DNA from: Candidatus Nitrospinota bacterium M3_3B_026
GTDB taxonomy: Bacteria; Nitrospinota_A; UBA7883; JBPRGF01
DNA: 64,000 nt
Direction: 5' to 3'
NCBI GenBank assembly: GCA_051418015.1
Contig: JBPRGF010000033.1
Location: 192,001-256,000 of the forward strand
This document shows, piece by piece, positions 8,469 to 19,139 of this stretch. Each line of letters begins with the position of its first letter. Position 1 is the first letter of the stretch. The notes beneath the pieces are model-generated. The model saw nothing but the letters and a program-made list of their open reading frames with translations, was not told the origin of the DNA and made no database searches. The translations under genes and the position numbers were made by a program.

Positions 8469-9863
8469 TTGCGATACGACGCCATTATCATAGGGGCCGG
8501 TATGTCCGGCCTGGCGGCGGGCATCAGGCTGGCGCATTTCGGCCACAATACGCTGATCCTGGAGCGGCATTACAGGACAGGCGGATTGAACTCGTGGTAC
8601 AGGATGGCGGGGCGCTTTCTTGACACGGGACTGCACGCCATCACGAACTATTCTCCCCACGGCCCCAGGAACGCGCCGATGGCGCGGCTCTTCAGGCAGC
8701 TGAGGCTGCGGCCGGAGGATTTCGCCCTGGCGCCGCAGAGGATGGGCAGGATAGTCTTCCCCGGGGCCGAGCTTGAGTTCGACAACGACTTCGAACGGCT
8801 CTCGGAGAGCGTGGCGCGGGTCTTTCCCCGGGAGGCGGACAATTTCCAGAGGCTGGTCAGGACGATCAGGGAGTACGATGACCTCGACCTTGAAAAAAAG
8901 CCGGAGAGCGGCCGGGAGGCCGTCCGCTCCATCATCGGCGACCCCCTGCTGGCGGACATGATAATGATGCCGGTCATGTTCTACGGCTCCTCCCAGGAGG
9001 ACGACATGGAGCTGGGCCAGTTCGCCGTCGTGTTCAAAGGGGTCTTTCTGGAGGGGCTCGCGCGGCCCGAGGGGGGGATCAGGAGGATACTGGATGCCCT
9101 GGCGGCGCGGTACGAGGCCGCCGGGGGGCGGATGAGGCTGAGAACCGGCGTTGAGAAAATAACCGTCGAGAACGGGCGCGTGGCGGGGGTTGTCACCGAT
9201 GATGGGGAGAGGATAGAGTGCGGCGCGGTCCTTTCGTCGGCGGGCCTGATGGAGACGGCGGCGGTATGCCCCGAGGCCAGGCCGGACGTCCCCGGTCTTG
9301 CGCCTGGCAGGATATCGCTCATGGAGTCGATAAACGCCCTGGACGCCCCAGCGGCGGCGCTGGGGGCGGAGGAAAGCGTGGTATTTTATAGCAACACCCC
9401 CACGCTGCGCTACAGGAGGCCGGACGGGCCAGCGGATGTCGACAGCGGGGTCATCTGCTATCCTGAAAACTTCGATTACGGCGAGCCTTTGAAAGAGGGG
9501 ATGGTGAGGATCAGCAACCTGGCCGATTACGGGTTCTGGATGGGCGCGGAGGAGATGGAGTACAGGGAGGCCAAAAAAGAGTGGCACTCCCGCTCCCTGG
9601 CCGCCGCTACGTCGGCGGGTCCGGACATCCGGGGCAGGATAACTTTCAGCGACGTTTTCACCCCGCGCACGATCCACCGCTACACGGGCCATATCAACGG
9701 CGCGTTGTACGGCGCGCCGATGAAAATGAAGAACGGAAGGACCCCCGTCGAAAACCTCTACATCACCGGGACGGACCAGGGGTTCCTCGGGATCGTCGGC
9801 GCCATGCTCAGCGGCGTGACGGTGGCCAACATCCACATGATGTCATCGGCGCGGAGGGGTTGA
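8469..9863 (+). CDS. Phytoene desaturase-like FAD/NAD(P) oxidoreductase 1
   Basis: IIGAGMSG dinucleotide fold, GG...FLDTGLH, FTPRTIHRYT, GALYG, NLYITG. TTG start. Confidence 0.85.
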   Translation: MRYDAIIIGAGMSGLAAGIRLAHFGHNTLILERHYRTGGLNSWYRMAGRFLDTGLHAITNYSPHGPRNAPMARLFRQLRLRPEDFALAPQRMGRIVFPGAELEFDNDFERLSESVARVFPREADNFQRLVRTIREYDDLDLEKKPESGREAVRSIIGDPLLADMIMMPVMFYGSSQEDDMELGQFAVVFKGVFLEGLARPEGGIRRILDALAARYEAAGGRMRLRTGVEKITVENGRVAGVVTDDGERIECGAVLSSAGLMETAAVCPEARPDVPGLAPGRISLMESINALDAPAAALGAEESVVFYSNTPTLRYRRPDGPADVDSGVICYPENFDYGEPLKEGMVRISNLADYGFWMGAEEMEYREAKKEWHSRSLAAATSAGPDIRGRITFSDVFTPRTIHRYTGHINGALYGAPMKMKNGRTPVENLYITGTDQGFLGIVGAMLSGVTVANIHMMSSARRG

Positions 9864-9869
9864 CCCGTC

Positions 9870-11279
9870 ATGGTGGAGAGGGGGCTGAAGGGCATAAAAG
9901 ACGAATACGACTGCGTTGTCATAGGCGGCGGCCTCGGCGGGCTCACCTGCGCCAACCGGCTGGCGAGGGCGGGCCGCTCTGTCCTCCTGGTGGAGCAGCA
10001 CACGCAGCTCGGGGGGCTGGCGGCCTGGTTCAGGCGCAAAAAACACGTATTCGACGTGGCGCTCCACGGCTTCCCCTACGGTATGGTTAAAACCTGCCGC
10101 AAGTACTGGAGCCGGGAGATAGCGGATCGCATCGTCCAGCTCAAGGGAATAAGGTTCGACAACCCCCAGTTCCAGCTAGAGACCACCTACGACGAAGAGG
10201 ATTTCACGAGGATACTGGTCGAGCGGTTCGGCGTCCCCGGGGAGAACGTGGAGGGCTTTTTCGCCGCCGCGAGGGGGATGAACTTCTACGACGATGACGG
10301 GAGGAGCGTCGGGGAGTTTTTCGAGGAGTTTTTCCCCGGCCGCGACGACGTCGTCCGGCTGCTCATGGAGCCGATAACCTACGCCAACGGCTCCACGCTG
10401 GAAGACCCCGCCATAAGCTACGGGATTGTTTTCTCGAACTTCATGAGCCGGGGGGTGTATACCTTCCGCGGCGGCACGGACCTTTTCATCCGCCTTCTCG
10501 AGGGCGAGCTTGAGAAAAACGGCGTGGACGCGCGGACGAAGACGCTGGCGGAGAGGATCGTGTTTGAGCGGGGAAGGGTGGCGGGAGTCATCGCCAACGG
10601 CCGGCTGGTCAGGACGCGGGCCGTCGTCTCCAACGGCAACCTGCGCAGGACGGTCCTGGACATGGTTGACGAGGATGTCATCTCGGAAGATTTCAGGAGA
10701 AAGGCCGGCGCGGTGCGGATGAACAACAGCTCCTGCCAAGTCTATATTGGCATACGGGAGGGTGAGACTATAGACTACATAGGCGATCTCATATTTACCT
10801 CCACGGCTGAGAGGTTCGACACCGGCATGATGCTGTCTAAAGACGTGACGAGCAGGACGTTTTCTGTCTACTACCCCGAGCTTCGCCCAGGCCACGGCCG
10901 ATACACGATCGTGTCCTCATCCAACGCAAGGTACGAGGACTGGGCGGATCTGCCCGAGGAGAGTTACAAGGAGGACAAGGAAAAACTGGCCGAGGAGACC
11001 CTCGACTGTCTCGAAAGATATGTCCCGGACATACGGAGGAAAGCCGACCATGTTGAGGTGGCCACCCCCCGCACGTTCAAAAGGTATACCCTTCACGAAG
11101 GGGGCGCGTCGTTCGGGACGAAGTTCGAGGGGCTGGAGGTGAGCCAGAACCTGTCGAAGGAGGCGCCGGGGGTTTTCCACACCGGCTCCGTGGCCATCAT
11201 AATGTCCGGCTGGCTGGGCGCGGCCAACTACGGCGTGATAGTGGCCAACGAGGTGGACAAATACCTGGGGCGGCGATGA
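9870..11279 (+). CDS. Phytoene desaturase-like FAD/NAD(P) oxidoreductase 2
   Basis: [11 protein letters not shown]...[22 protein letters not shown]. Confidence 0.85.
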   Translation: MVERGLKGIKDEYDCVVIGGGLGGLTCANRLARAGRSVLLVEQHTQLGGLAAWFRRKKHVFDVALHGFPYGMVKTCRKYWSREIADRIVQLKGIRFDNPQFQLETTYDEEDFTRILVERFGVPGENVEGFFAAARGMNFYDDDGRSVGEFFEEFFPGRDDVVRLLMEPITYANGSTLEDPAISYGIVFSNFMSRGVYTFRGGTDLFIRLLEGELEKNGVDARTKTLAERIVFERGRVAGVIANGRLVRTRAVVSNGNLRRTVLDMVDEDVISEDFRRKAGAVRMNNSSCQVYIGIREGETIDYIGDLIFTSTAERFDTGMMLSKDVTSRTFSVYYPELRPGHGRYTIVSSSNARYEDWADLPEESYKEDKEKLAEETLDCLERYVPDIRRKADHVEVATPRTFKRYTLHEGGASFGTKFEGLEVSQNLSKEAPGVFHTGSVAIIMSGWLGAANYGVIVANEVDKYLGRR

Positions 11280-12019
11280 TGAGAGACTTCGAGGGCCAGA
11301 CGGCGGTCGTGACGGGAGGCACGAAGGGCATAGGACTGGCCGTCTGCGAGCTTTTTTTGAGGGAGGGGGCGAAGGTGGTCGCTGTCTACTCGTCCGACGA
11401 GGACGCAGCCTCGAGTTTCGCCAAAGCCCATGCCGCCAGCGGCGACGCGCTCCGGACGCGGCGCCTGAACGTGTCGGACCACGCCGCTGTGGAGGATTTC
11501 TTCAGGGAGTTCCAGGACGCCGGCGGGGCGCTGGACATCCTCGTGAATAGCGCCGGGATAAGGCGCGATTCCGTGGTGGGGCTCATGGCCGAAAAGGACT
11601 GGCGCGCCGTCATCAACGTCAACCTTACGGGAACGTTCAACATGTCCAAGCACGCCGTGCGCCTGATGTCCAGGCGGCGCTACGGCAGGATCATAAACAT
11701 AACAAGCCCCGTGGGCGAACGCGGCCTGCCGGGACAGGCCAACTACGCCGCCAGCAAGGCGGGACAGGTCGGCTTCACCAAAGCCATGGCGAAGGAGGTG
11801 GCGAGCCGGGGGGTGACGGTGAACTGCGTATCTCCGGGGTTCATCGACACAGAGTTCATCGCCGACCTGCCGGAAAAAAACCGAAAGGACTACCTGGAGC
11901 GCGTTCCGGCTGGCAGGTTCGGAACGGCCGAGGAGGTCGCCCGCCTGGTCGGCTTTCTGGCCGCCAGGGAGTCGTCGTATATCACGGGCGCCGTTTACGA
12001 GGTAACCGGCGGACTCTGA
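11276..12019 (+). CDS. fabG: 3-oxoacyl-ACP reductase
   Basis: [30 protein letters not shown]. Overlaps the upstream stop. Confidence 0.92.
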   Translation: MMRDFEGQTAVVTGGTKGIGLAVCELFLREGAKVVAVYSSDEDAASSFAKAHAASGDALRTRRLNVSDHAAVEDFFREFQDAGGALDILVNSAGIRRDSVVGLMAEKDWRAVINVNLTGTFNMSKHAVRLMSRRRYGRIINITSPVGERGLPGQANYAASKAGQVGFTKAMAKEVASRGVTVNCVSPGFIDTEFIADLPEKNRKDYLERVPAGRFGTAEEVARLVGFLAARESSYITGAVYEVTGGL

Positions 12020-12160
12020 CGGCCGTGGGCTCTTCGCGCAACCGCGCGCTTTGCCTTTCCCGATTTTTTTGTTTTGATAGGGCCATTGACCCTCCTTTGT
12101 GGTAGAATCTCCGGCTTTAAGGCGGCAAGGCTGGACTTTTTAGTAGGGGCTGGTTCTATT

Positions 12161-12586
12161 TTGGACATTTACGGCGCCATACCCCATCGTCCGCCGTTTC
12201 TTTTCGTGGACAAGGTGACGGAAGCAGGCGAAAAGAAAATCCGGGCGGAAAAGGTCTTCGGGGCGGATCTCGAATTTTTCAAGGGGCACTATCCTCATTT
12301 TCCAGTGGCGCCCGGCGCGCTGATACTGGAGAGCATTTTTCAGGCCGGGGCCATCCTCGTTTCCGGGATGGCGCCGGATCCGGGACGGGGCGTCCCCGTA
12401 GTCGCGAGAATAAAGGACGCCAAGTTCAGAAAAATGGTGAGGCCCGGAGACGTCCTCGAGATCGAGGTGGAGCTCGAAGACACCCTGGGATCGGCCTTTT
12501 ACATGAAAGGCAGGGCCCGTGTTGATGGAGAGCTTGCCGCTTCCGTGTCTTTCACTTGCGCCCTGGCGCTGGTGGGGGAGGACTGA
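12161..12586 (+). CDS. fabZ: 3-hydroxyacyl-ACP dehydratase
   Basis: IPHRPPFLFVD, FFKGHYP...PGALILE, KFRKMVRPGD. Likely TTG start at 12161 within ORF 12074..12586. Confidence 0.9.
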   Translation: MDIYGAIPHRPPFLFVDKVTEAGEKKIRAEKVFGADLEFFKGHYPHFPVAPGALILESIFQAGAILVSGMAPDPGRGVPVVARIKDAKFRKMVRPGDVLEIEVELEDTLGSAFYMKGRARVDGELAASVSFTCALALVGED

Positions 12587-12637
12587 AAAGCGCCGCGGCC
12601 CGGGTATTTTCCCGGAGCCGCGGAGATCGCAGAATCT

Positions 12638-13465
12638 ATGGGGGATGACAAGGCTGTGAGCTTCCTTGGGTTTGAGGGAAAAAAATATCTCGTGTTCGGG
12701 GTGGCGAACAAAAGGAGCGTCGCCAGCCACATCTCCGGCATTATCAGGGAGGAGGGCGGCGAGGTCATCCTCTCCGTGGAGAACGAGGAGAGAAAAAAGA
12801 CGGCCCAAAAGCTCTTCCCCAGCGCCCCGGTGTATGTCTGCGATGTCTCCAGGGACGAGGACATAACAAAACTCGCCGCCAGCGTGGCCGATGACCATGG
12901 CGTCATCCACGGCATAGCCCACTCCATCGCCCACGCCGATTACCCGGAAGGAATGAAACCCTTCCACGAAATAAGACGCGAGGACTTCATGAGGGCTATG
13001 GACATATCGCTCTTTTCGCTTATCGCCGTCTCCAACGCTTTCAGGGACATCATCGATAAAAAAGGCTCTGTCGTCACCGTCTCCATATCAACAACCAGGA
13101 TGGCCTCGGAAAGCTACGGCTACATGGCTCCCATCAAGGCCGCGCTGGACTCTGCCGTCGTCTTCCTGGCGAAAAGCTTCAGCCGTTTTTCCGAAGTCCG
13201 GTTCAACGCCGTAGCCCCCGGTCTGCTCAAAACCTCCGCCTCAGCGGGAATACCGGGATACGTGGACGCCTACCTCTACGCCGAACGGCTCACTCTGAGA
13301 GGCCGCGCCCTGGAGACGGATGAGGCGGCGCGGGTGGCCGCCTTTCTCCTCAGCGGCGCCTCAAGCGGGGTAAACGCTGGAAAGGTCGTGGTGGATGCCG
13401 GAATGGGCGTCAACTATTTTGACAGAGATTTGATAAACAGCATGTTGAAACGCGGGGCGGAATAA
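12638..13465 (+). CDS. fabI: Enoyl-ACP reductase (FabI-like)
   Basis: GVANKRSVA, HSIAHA, YGYMAPIK (Y-x6-K), KTSASAGI, VDAG. Confidence 0.88.
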   Translation: MGDDKAVSFLGFEGKKYLVFGVANKRSVASHISGIIREEGGEVILSVENEERKKTAQKLFPSAPVYVCDVSRDEDITKLAASVADDHGVIHGIAHSIAHADYPEGMKPFHEIRREDFMRAMDISLFSLIAVSNAFRDIIDKKGSVVTVSISTTRMASESYGYMAPIKAALDSAVVFLAKSFSRFSEVRFNAVAPGLLKTSASAGIPGYVDAYLYAERLTLRGRALETDEAARVAAFLLSGASSGVNAGKVVVDAGMGVNYFDRDLINSMLKRGAE

Positions 13466-13549
13466 TGTTATTTACTACCTCAAAGGGCGAAAGAGCAGGC
13501 CCAAATGTACATAACTCATTCACTTATATCATATGATTACATTTTTCTG

Positions 13550-13578
13550 TTGAAGCTTTGATCCTGTTTGTGTATTAT
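13550..13578 (+). promoter_or_regulatory. Candidate sigma70 promoter in AT-rich intergenic region
   Basis: TTGAAG-N17-TATTAT. Confidence 0.4.
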
Positions 13579-13801
13579 GCTCCTTCTATGTGATAAAATT
13601 AGTACAGGGTAAAATCTCCTAATGCGTTGATTATCTGGTTATATTTTGCATAACAATAAGTAGACACAGCCCGTAGACGTAAGTTAATTTTTACCTCTGA
13701 AGTAATGAATTATTACATTGCTTTCCGGGGGAGACGCCGGGAAGCCGTCGCGTCGTGTACTCATTAAGCCGCTAACTAAAAAAGTACAGATTGGAGGATT
13801 G

Positions 13802-14218
13802 ATGAAGCAGACATTCAGAGACAGGCTGAAGCTGTTGATGAAGGGCGAAAGGCCGTATACGTGGGCCAGGAAGGTCGGGATAGAGAAGGGGCTTTTCCAG
13901 TATTACTGGCAGAAGGGCAAGATCCCGACGTACGAGAATCTCATAAAAATTCAGAACTATTCCGGCTGTTCGCTGGATTGGTTGCTTACGGGCAAGGCTG
14001 TCGCCATCGACAAGATAGAGGATCTTCCGATGGTTCGCGAGCCGAACCCCGTTTACGGTGAGATGAACCTGCGCCGGGCCAGTTCCCTGGAAAAGGTCAA
14101 GAAGCTCTACTCCTCTAAGAACGAGAAGGACATCGAGCTTTTCGAGGGCGTGCTGGAGAAGATCGTGTCCGACGGGAGGGGCAGGAGAAAGAGCGGAGCC
14201 GAGAAAGCGAAAAACTGA
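13802..14218 (+). CDS. XRE/phage CI-like HTH transcriptional regulator
   Basis: FRDRLK...WARKVGI...GKIP...SLDWLLTGK. GGAGG RBS before ATG 13802. Confidence 0.8.
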   Translation: MKQTFRDRLKLLMKGERPYTWARKVGIEKGLFQYYWQKGKIPTYENLIKIQNYSGCSLDWLLTGKAVAIDKIEDLPMVREPNPVYGEMNLRRASSLEKVKKLYSSKNEKDIELFEGVLEKIVSDGRGRRKSGAEKAKN

Positions 14219-14363
14219 GACGATCCGCCCATGGCGGAGAGCAGCGCGTCAGACATTTCAAAACTCATCCGCTGAGCGTCCGTACTGGGCGCCGGCATCA
14301 CGCCCGAGCGGCTGGCCTGAAAAAACGCCGTTGGCCCGAGATGAACCCCGTGCCGGCCCGCAC

Positions 14364-14388
14364 CCCCTCCCTTCGTTCAAGGGAGGGG
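14364..14388. terminator. Hairpin between convergent genes (family A-like arm)
   Basis: CCCCCTCCCTT-CGTTC-AAGGGAGGGGG stem. Confidence 0.5.
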
Positions 14389-14443
14389 GCCAACCCTCTG
14401 TAAGGCCCCCTCCCGGGCGGTTAATTTAAAACAGGAGCGTGTT

Positions 14444-14740
14444 TTACTTTTTCGCGCCCAGGACCGCGTCCTTGCAGGCTTTGGCCACGCGGAACTTCAC
14501 GACCTTCTTGGCCGGTATTTTTATCGTCTCTCCTGTCTGGGGGTTGCGTCCTTTGCGGGCCTTCCTCTGGACGAGCACGAGCTTGCCCAGCCCGGGCAGC
14601 GTGAACCCCGCCTTCGCCTCCTTGTAGGCCAGGTTCGCGAGGTCGTCCAGGATCTGGGCGGCCAGTTTCTTGGTTATGCCCGCTTTCGTCGCGATTGCGT
14701 CGGCGATCTGGGCTTTGGTCATGGGTTTCTTCGCGGCCAT
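14444..14740 (-). CDS. hup: HU family DNA-binding protein
   Basis: MTKAQIA...LPGLGKL...RKARKGRNPQTGETIKIPAK. Confidence 0.95.
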   Translation of the reverse strand: MAAKKPMTKAQIADAIATKAGITKKLAAQILDDLANLAYKEAKAGFTLPGLGKLVLVQRKARKGRNPQTGETIKIPAKKVVKFRVAKACKDAVLGAKK

Positions 14741-14974
14741 ATGATGATCTCCTTTAACAGTGTTTCAAAAGGCTTTCCGGATAACGTTAAGGTTGAGAAT
14801 TTTTATCAAAGATTAAAAGCCAATTCAACACAAATCTCACATTCCCCGAAATGGGGAACAGCCCCTCGCCGCGCTACTATCCCGCTATCCACAATCGCCG
14901 CTGTTGCGATATAATCACCGAATTGAAAGCAAGCGCCGAGAATCTTCCAGGATAGAGCCAGGAGGGTATGCCAA

Positions 14975-17275
14975 ATGACCGAGCCCAGACACGACGATGA
15001 CAAGGCTGCTGGAGAGGCCGGAGAGGAGAGCCTCTCGAGGTCGGACATCGAAAAGTTCAAGGAGCTTCTGGACGAAGCGGCCAAGGAGCGCAAAAGCATT
15101 CAGCTTCTCGTCGAGTACCTGTCCAGGAACGAGGAGTCGATCGAGAACAAGGTCTCCCTTTTCAGGAAGATAGAGGACAAGCTCCAGAGCCTGGAGGCCC
15201 TGTCGGCGGATATCGAAAAGAAGCTCAGGGGGTTCGGAACCGTCGAAGAAGAGTTGACCCGGACAGGCTCCCGGATCGACGAGCTGATGGGCGTCCTGGA
15301 CAAAGGCCGGAAGGACATGGAGTCGGTCAATCTCCTCGTGGAGCACATAAACTCCAAGATAAAAAGCCTCTCCCTGCAGCGCGTGGTGGTGGAGCGCGCC
15401 AACGAGGAGGCCGGCAAGCTCAACGTGCTTTTCTGGGACATGGAGTCCAGAGTCAAGAGGCTGCAGGAAGAAAACAGGCTCGTAAAGAAATCCGAAAAGA
15501 ACATCATCCGGCTGGAGAACATGCTGGAGACGATATCCAGCCGGATGGAGAAGGTGGACCAGTTCAGGAGCCTGATGACCGAGGCCGACGAGCGCGTCTC
15601 CCAGATGAAGAGGGTTCTCGGCGACGTGGAGGCGAGGATGGCCTCGCTGGAGTCCCAGCGGCGGACGGTGGAGAACCTGGCCTCCGAGGCCCGGCGCGGC
15701 CGGGAGACAGTGGAGCGGATGCAGGAGTCCATCGAGGACGTGGTCAAGCAGCGCGTCGTCGTGAACGAGATCCAGGGCGAGGTGTCGGACCTGTTGAGCG
15801 GCATGAACGAGCTGCGCGTGGAGACACGGAACGCCCTCTCCAAGAGCGGCCAGGTCAGGAAAGTGGCCGACAGGCTCTCGGAGCTGGATCAGACCGCGGC
15901 GGACGTGGAGACCAGGCTGGCCCGCCTGCGCGAGGAGGGCGCCAGGGCGGAGGAGATAGAACGCAGGATAAGCGATCTCAACGCGTTCCTGGAGGAGAAG
16001 GTGGAGTCGAGGATACAGACCGCCTCCGGACAGCTGAAAGCCGTCCAGATGGCCCAGGAGAGCCTGGAGCGGTTCTATTCCTCGGCCGAGGAGATGGAAA
16101 AGAGGATCCGCGCCTTCCACGAGGACCTGAAGATCGCCGACGAGGTGGAGGCCAGCCTGGGGAGGATACGCGAGGCGGGCGAGGCCGCCTCGGCGAAGAT
16201 GGAGGAGTTGGGCCAGCGCCAGGCCATGGTGGAGCAGGTGGAGAAGAAGATAAACGACATCAACGACATGGTGCTCAACCTCGATGTCAAGATGGAGGCG
16301 CAGCTGGAGCGCCGCGGTCTCGTGGAGAAGCTCGAGAAAAAGCTCGACGGGATAGACTACCTCGTGGAGGACGCCAACCTGAAGATCGGCAAGCTCTCGA
16401 AGAAGATGGAGCTGATGGAGACGCTGGAGAAAAAGATCGAAGGGTTCCAGGGCGTCACGGAGGCCATGGAGGAACGGATACTGGACCTGGCGAAGGAGAA
16501 GGCCGCCCTGGACGCCACCGAGGAGAGGATGAAGGCGATGACCGAAAAGATGGCCGGGATGGAGGAGGATATCACGAGCCGTCTGCGAGACGTGGAGCGG
16601 AGCCACCAGCGGCTGGGGGAGATAAAGGACCTCCAGGGCAAGATGGAAAGCTCCATGGAAGCGATGAGCCAGAGGCTGGAAAAGGCCAGCGAAATCGTGG
16701 AAGCCAGCGAGAAGATGGAGTCGAAGCTCAACGCGATGGCCGCGCGCGCGGAGGACATGGAAAGCAGGATAGAAGGCGTGCGCGAGCAGGACGAGAGGGT
16801 CGTGGAGACGGAGAAGAAGCTCACGCAGCTGCAATCCATGTACGACGCCATTGACGAGCGCATATCGGCCGCCCGCGAGGAGGAGGAGATGATAAGAGCC
16901 TCCGCCGAAGAGGTGGAGGGACTGCGGGGAGCCCTGGAGGACATCCACGCCCAGCGGGAGCTTCTGGAGAAGGAGAAGGAAAGCTTCAAGGGCATCACCG
17001 ACAAGATAATAGACATAAACGAGACCATGGCCGACAAGGAGGCCAAGATCGACAGGCTCACGTCGAAACTGGCCATCGTCTCCAAGGTGGAGCGCAGGCT
17101 GGACGACCTGAACCTGATGGCCGAGGACGTCAAGGCGAAAGTGGCCGCCCTTGTAGAGGAGGAGCGCACGGTGGAGAAGGCCGGCGAGCAGATCGTGGAG
17201 CTGAAATTCCTGCTCGGCGAGATAGAAAAGAAGCTCAACGAGTACTTCAACCTCAAAAGCGGCGAGGGGGCGTAG
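14975..17275 (+). CDS. Hypothetical all-coiled-coil protein (766 aa)
   Basis: AGGAGG RBS. E/K/R/L/M-rich heptads throughout. No Walker motif, signal peptide or TM segment seen. Confidence 0.85.
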   Translation: MTEPRHDDDKAAGEAGEESLSRSDIEKFKELLDEAAKERKSIQLLVEYLSRNEESIENKVSLFRKIEDKLQSLEALSADIEKKLRGFGTVEEELTRTGSRIDELMGVLDKGRKDMESVNLLVEHINSKIKSLSLQRVVVERANEEAGKLNVLFWDMESRVKRLQEENRLVKKSEKNIIRLENMLETISSRMEKVDQFRSLMTEADERVSQMKRVLGDVEARMASLESQRRTVENLASEARRGRETVERMQESIEDVVKQRVVVNEIQGEVSDLLSGMNELRVETRNALSKSGQVRKVADRLSELDQTAADVETRLARLREEGARAEEIERRISDLNAFLEEKVESRIQTASGQLKAVQMAQESLERFYSSAEEMEKRIRAFHEDLKIADEVEASLGRIREAGEAASAKMEELGQRQAMVEQVEKKINDINDMVLNLDVKMEAQLERRGLVEKLEKKLDGIDYLVEDANLKIGKLSKKMELMETLEKKIEGFQGVTEAMEERILDLAKEKAALDATEERMKAMTEKMAGMEEDITSRLRDVERSHQRLGEIKDLQGKMESSMEAMSQRLEKASEIVEASEKMESKLNAMAARAEDMESRIEGVREQDERVVETEKKLTQLQSMYDAIDERISAAREEEEMIRASAEEVEGLRGALEDIHAQRELLEKEKESFKGITDKIIDINETMADKEAKIDRLTSKLAIVSKVERRLDDLNLMAEDVKAKVAALVEEERTVEKAGEQIVELKFLLGEIEKKLNEYFNLKSGEGA

Positions 17276-17339
17276 CGCGGCTTCGCGCGGCCGGTGTCCT
17301 TGCTCCCGGCGAAGTGTTTTGCGTTATCATCACACCGGG

Positions 17340-17524
17340 CTGTCTTTCCGGCCTTCGGGCCGGAATCCCGATCCATGGAAGGCGAGACTCTGAAACGGGC
17401 TCAGCACGACGCATGTTCGAGAAACTCAAAAAATCTTCCCCATCGAAGGGGGAGGATGCAGGTGGGAATGGCATGATTAATCATGCCCTCTCCCCTTTAT
17501 CCCCTCCCGCCGGGGAAGGGGACA
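17340..17524. repeat. Mosaic of degenerate family B-like element and family A element
   Basis: TTCCGGCCTTCGGGCCGGAATCC..GAGACTCTGAAAC..TCAGCACGAC followed by CCCCATCGAAGGGGGAGGATGCAGGTGGG..CCCCTCCCGCCGGGGAAGGGGA. Confidence 0.7.
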
Positions 17525-17573
17525 TCTTGATGACGCGTTACAACATATCGCTTGAAGGATTCTGACTGTTACC

Positions 17574-19130
17574 ATGATTAAGGCATTCACCGCGGCGCAG
17601 ACCCGCGAAATGGACCGGAAAGCTATCGAGGACCTTAAAATCCCCAGCCTTGTCCTGATGGAAAACGCGGGCCGCGCCGTCGTCCGCGCCATCCGCAAAA
17701 AGATTCCCGGCCTCAAAAAAGTCCGCGTCAACATCTTCGCCGGCAAGGGCAATAACGGCGGCGACGGGTTCGTCGTCGGCCGCCACCTGCTGAACATGGG
17801 GGCCGAGCCGACGGTCTTCCTCGTCGCGGAAAAGCCGGAGATAAAAGGCGACGCGAAGGTGAACATGGATGCCTACGTCAACTCCGGCGGCAGGCTGAAA
17901 GAGTTCACATCCAGAAAACATATCCAGAACTTCAAGCTGAAGTTTTTTCACACCACCGTTGTCGTCGACGCGCTGCTCGGCACCGGCATAAAGTCCGCCC
18001 CCCGCGGCTTCTACAACGAAGCGCTGGACGTCATGAACTCGCAGGGGAGGCTGAAGGTGGCCGTGGACATCCCCTCGGGGCTTTCCGCCGACAGCGGCGT
18101 GATCGCCGGAAACCATTTCAATGCCGACGTCACCGTCACCCTCGGCGCGCCCAAAGTGGGGCTTTTTACCTTCCCGGCCCGGCAGTCCGTGGGGGAGCTG
18201 ATAGTCGCGGACATATCCATACCCAGGGCCGTCATCGATGAAGCGCCCTGCGCTGCCTATGTCCCGGAGCGGGAGGACATCGCCGAGCGTCTGCCTGCAA
18301 GGACCGGCGGCGCCCATAAAGGCTTATTCGGCCACCTCGTCATCGCCTCCGGCTCCGAGGGGATGGGCGGCGCGGTGGCGCTGGCGGGGGAGGGGGCGCT
18401 GCGATCGGGCGCGGGGCTTGTCACGGCCGCAATCCCGGAGGGGATCGCGGCCGGGTTCGAGGTCGGCGTCCGCGAGATGATGACCCTGCCGTTGCCGGGG
18501 ACGCAGGAGGGGACTATCGCGGCGGACGCGGCGGGCGCTTTCCTAAAGTTCGCGAAGGACAAAACCGCCGCGCTGATAGGCCCGGGGCTGCGGACGAACC
18601 CGTCCACGCGCGAATTCGTGAAAAGGGCCGTGGCGGAGCTTTCCATCCCCCTCGTTCTCGACGCCGACGGGCTGAACAACATCGGCGAGGATTTCGAGGT
18701 TATAAAAAACCGCAAGGCGCCCACGATAGTCACGCCGCATCCGGGCGAGATGAGGAGGCTGACGGGGATGAGCGTCGCCGATATACAGGCCGACAGGACC
18801 GGCGCCGCGGCCGAGTACGCCGAGAAGACCGGCGCCGTTGTGGTGTTGAAAGGCGCGGGGACGGTCATAGCTGTCCCTGGAGGCGGCGTTTACATCAACC
18901 CCACCGGCAACACCGGCCTCGCGTCGGGAGGGACGGGCGACGTCCTCTCCGGCGTGATCGGCGGCTTCCTTGCCCAGGGGGCGGCGCCGGAGGACGCAAC
19001 GGTCATGGGCGTCTACATCCACGGCCTGCTGGCCGACGTCTATGCGGAGACGAAAGACCCCGCGGCGCTTATAGCCGGCGACCTGCCGGAGCTTTTGCCG
19101 GTGGTTTTGAAAAAGTTGAGGGGCGTCTGA
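17574..19130 (+). CDS. nnr: Bifunctional NAD(P)H-hydrate epimerase/dehydratase
   Basis: LMENAG, GKGNNGGDG, DALLGTG, DIPSG, LDADG, TPHPGE, GGTGDVLSG. Confidence 0.96.
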   Translation: MIKAFTAAQTREMDRKAIEDLKIPSLVLMENAGRAVVRAIRKKIPGLKKVRVNIFAGKGNNGGDGFVVGRHLLNMGAEPTVFLVAEKPEIKGDAKVNMDAYVNSGGRLKEFTSRKHIQNFKLKFFHTTVVVDALLGTGIKSAPRGFYNEALDVMNSQGRLKVAVDIPSGLSADSGVIAGNHFNADVTVTLGAPKVGLFTFPARQSVGELIVADISIPRAVIDEAPCAAYVPEREDIAERLPARTGGAHKGLFGHLVIASGSEGMGGAVALAGEGALRSGAGLVTAAIPEGIAAGFEVGVREMMTLPLPGTQEGTIAADAAGAFLKFAKDKTAALIGPGLRTNPSTREFVKRAVAELSIPLVLDADGLNNIGEDFEVIKNRKAPTIVTPHPGEMRRLTGMSVADIQADRTGAAAEYAEKTGAVVVLKGAGTVIAVPGGGVYINPTGNTGLASGGTGDVLSGVIGGFLAQGAAPEDATVMGVYIHGLLADVYAETKDPAALIAGDLPELLPVVLKKLRGV

Positions 19131-19139
19131 TCCTCGCGG

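Noticed and set aside
14219..14443. Possible 6S or SRP RNA between convergent genes
   Set aside because: No SRP GGAA loop motif or convincing 6S central bubble; only a hairpin is evident.
13466..14900. AT-rich region as oriC
   Set aside because: Only one near-match DnaA box (CTATCCACA near 14885) and no dnaA/dnaN/gidA context.
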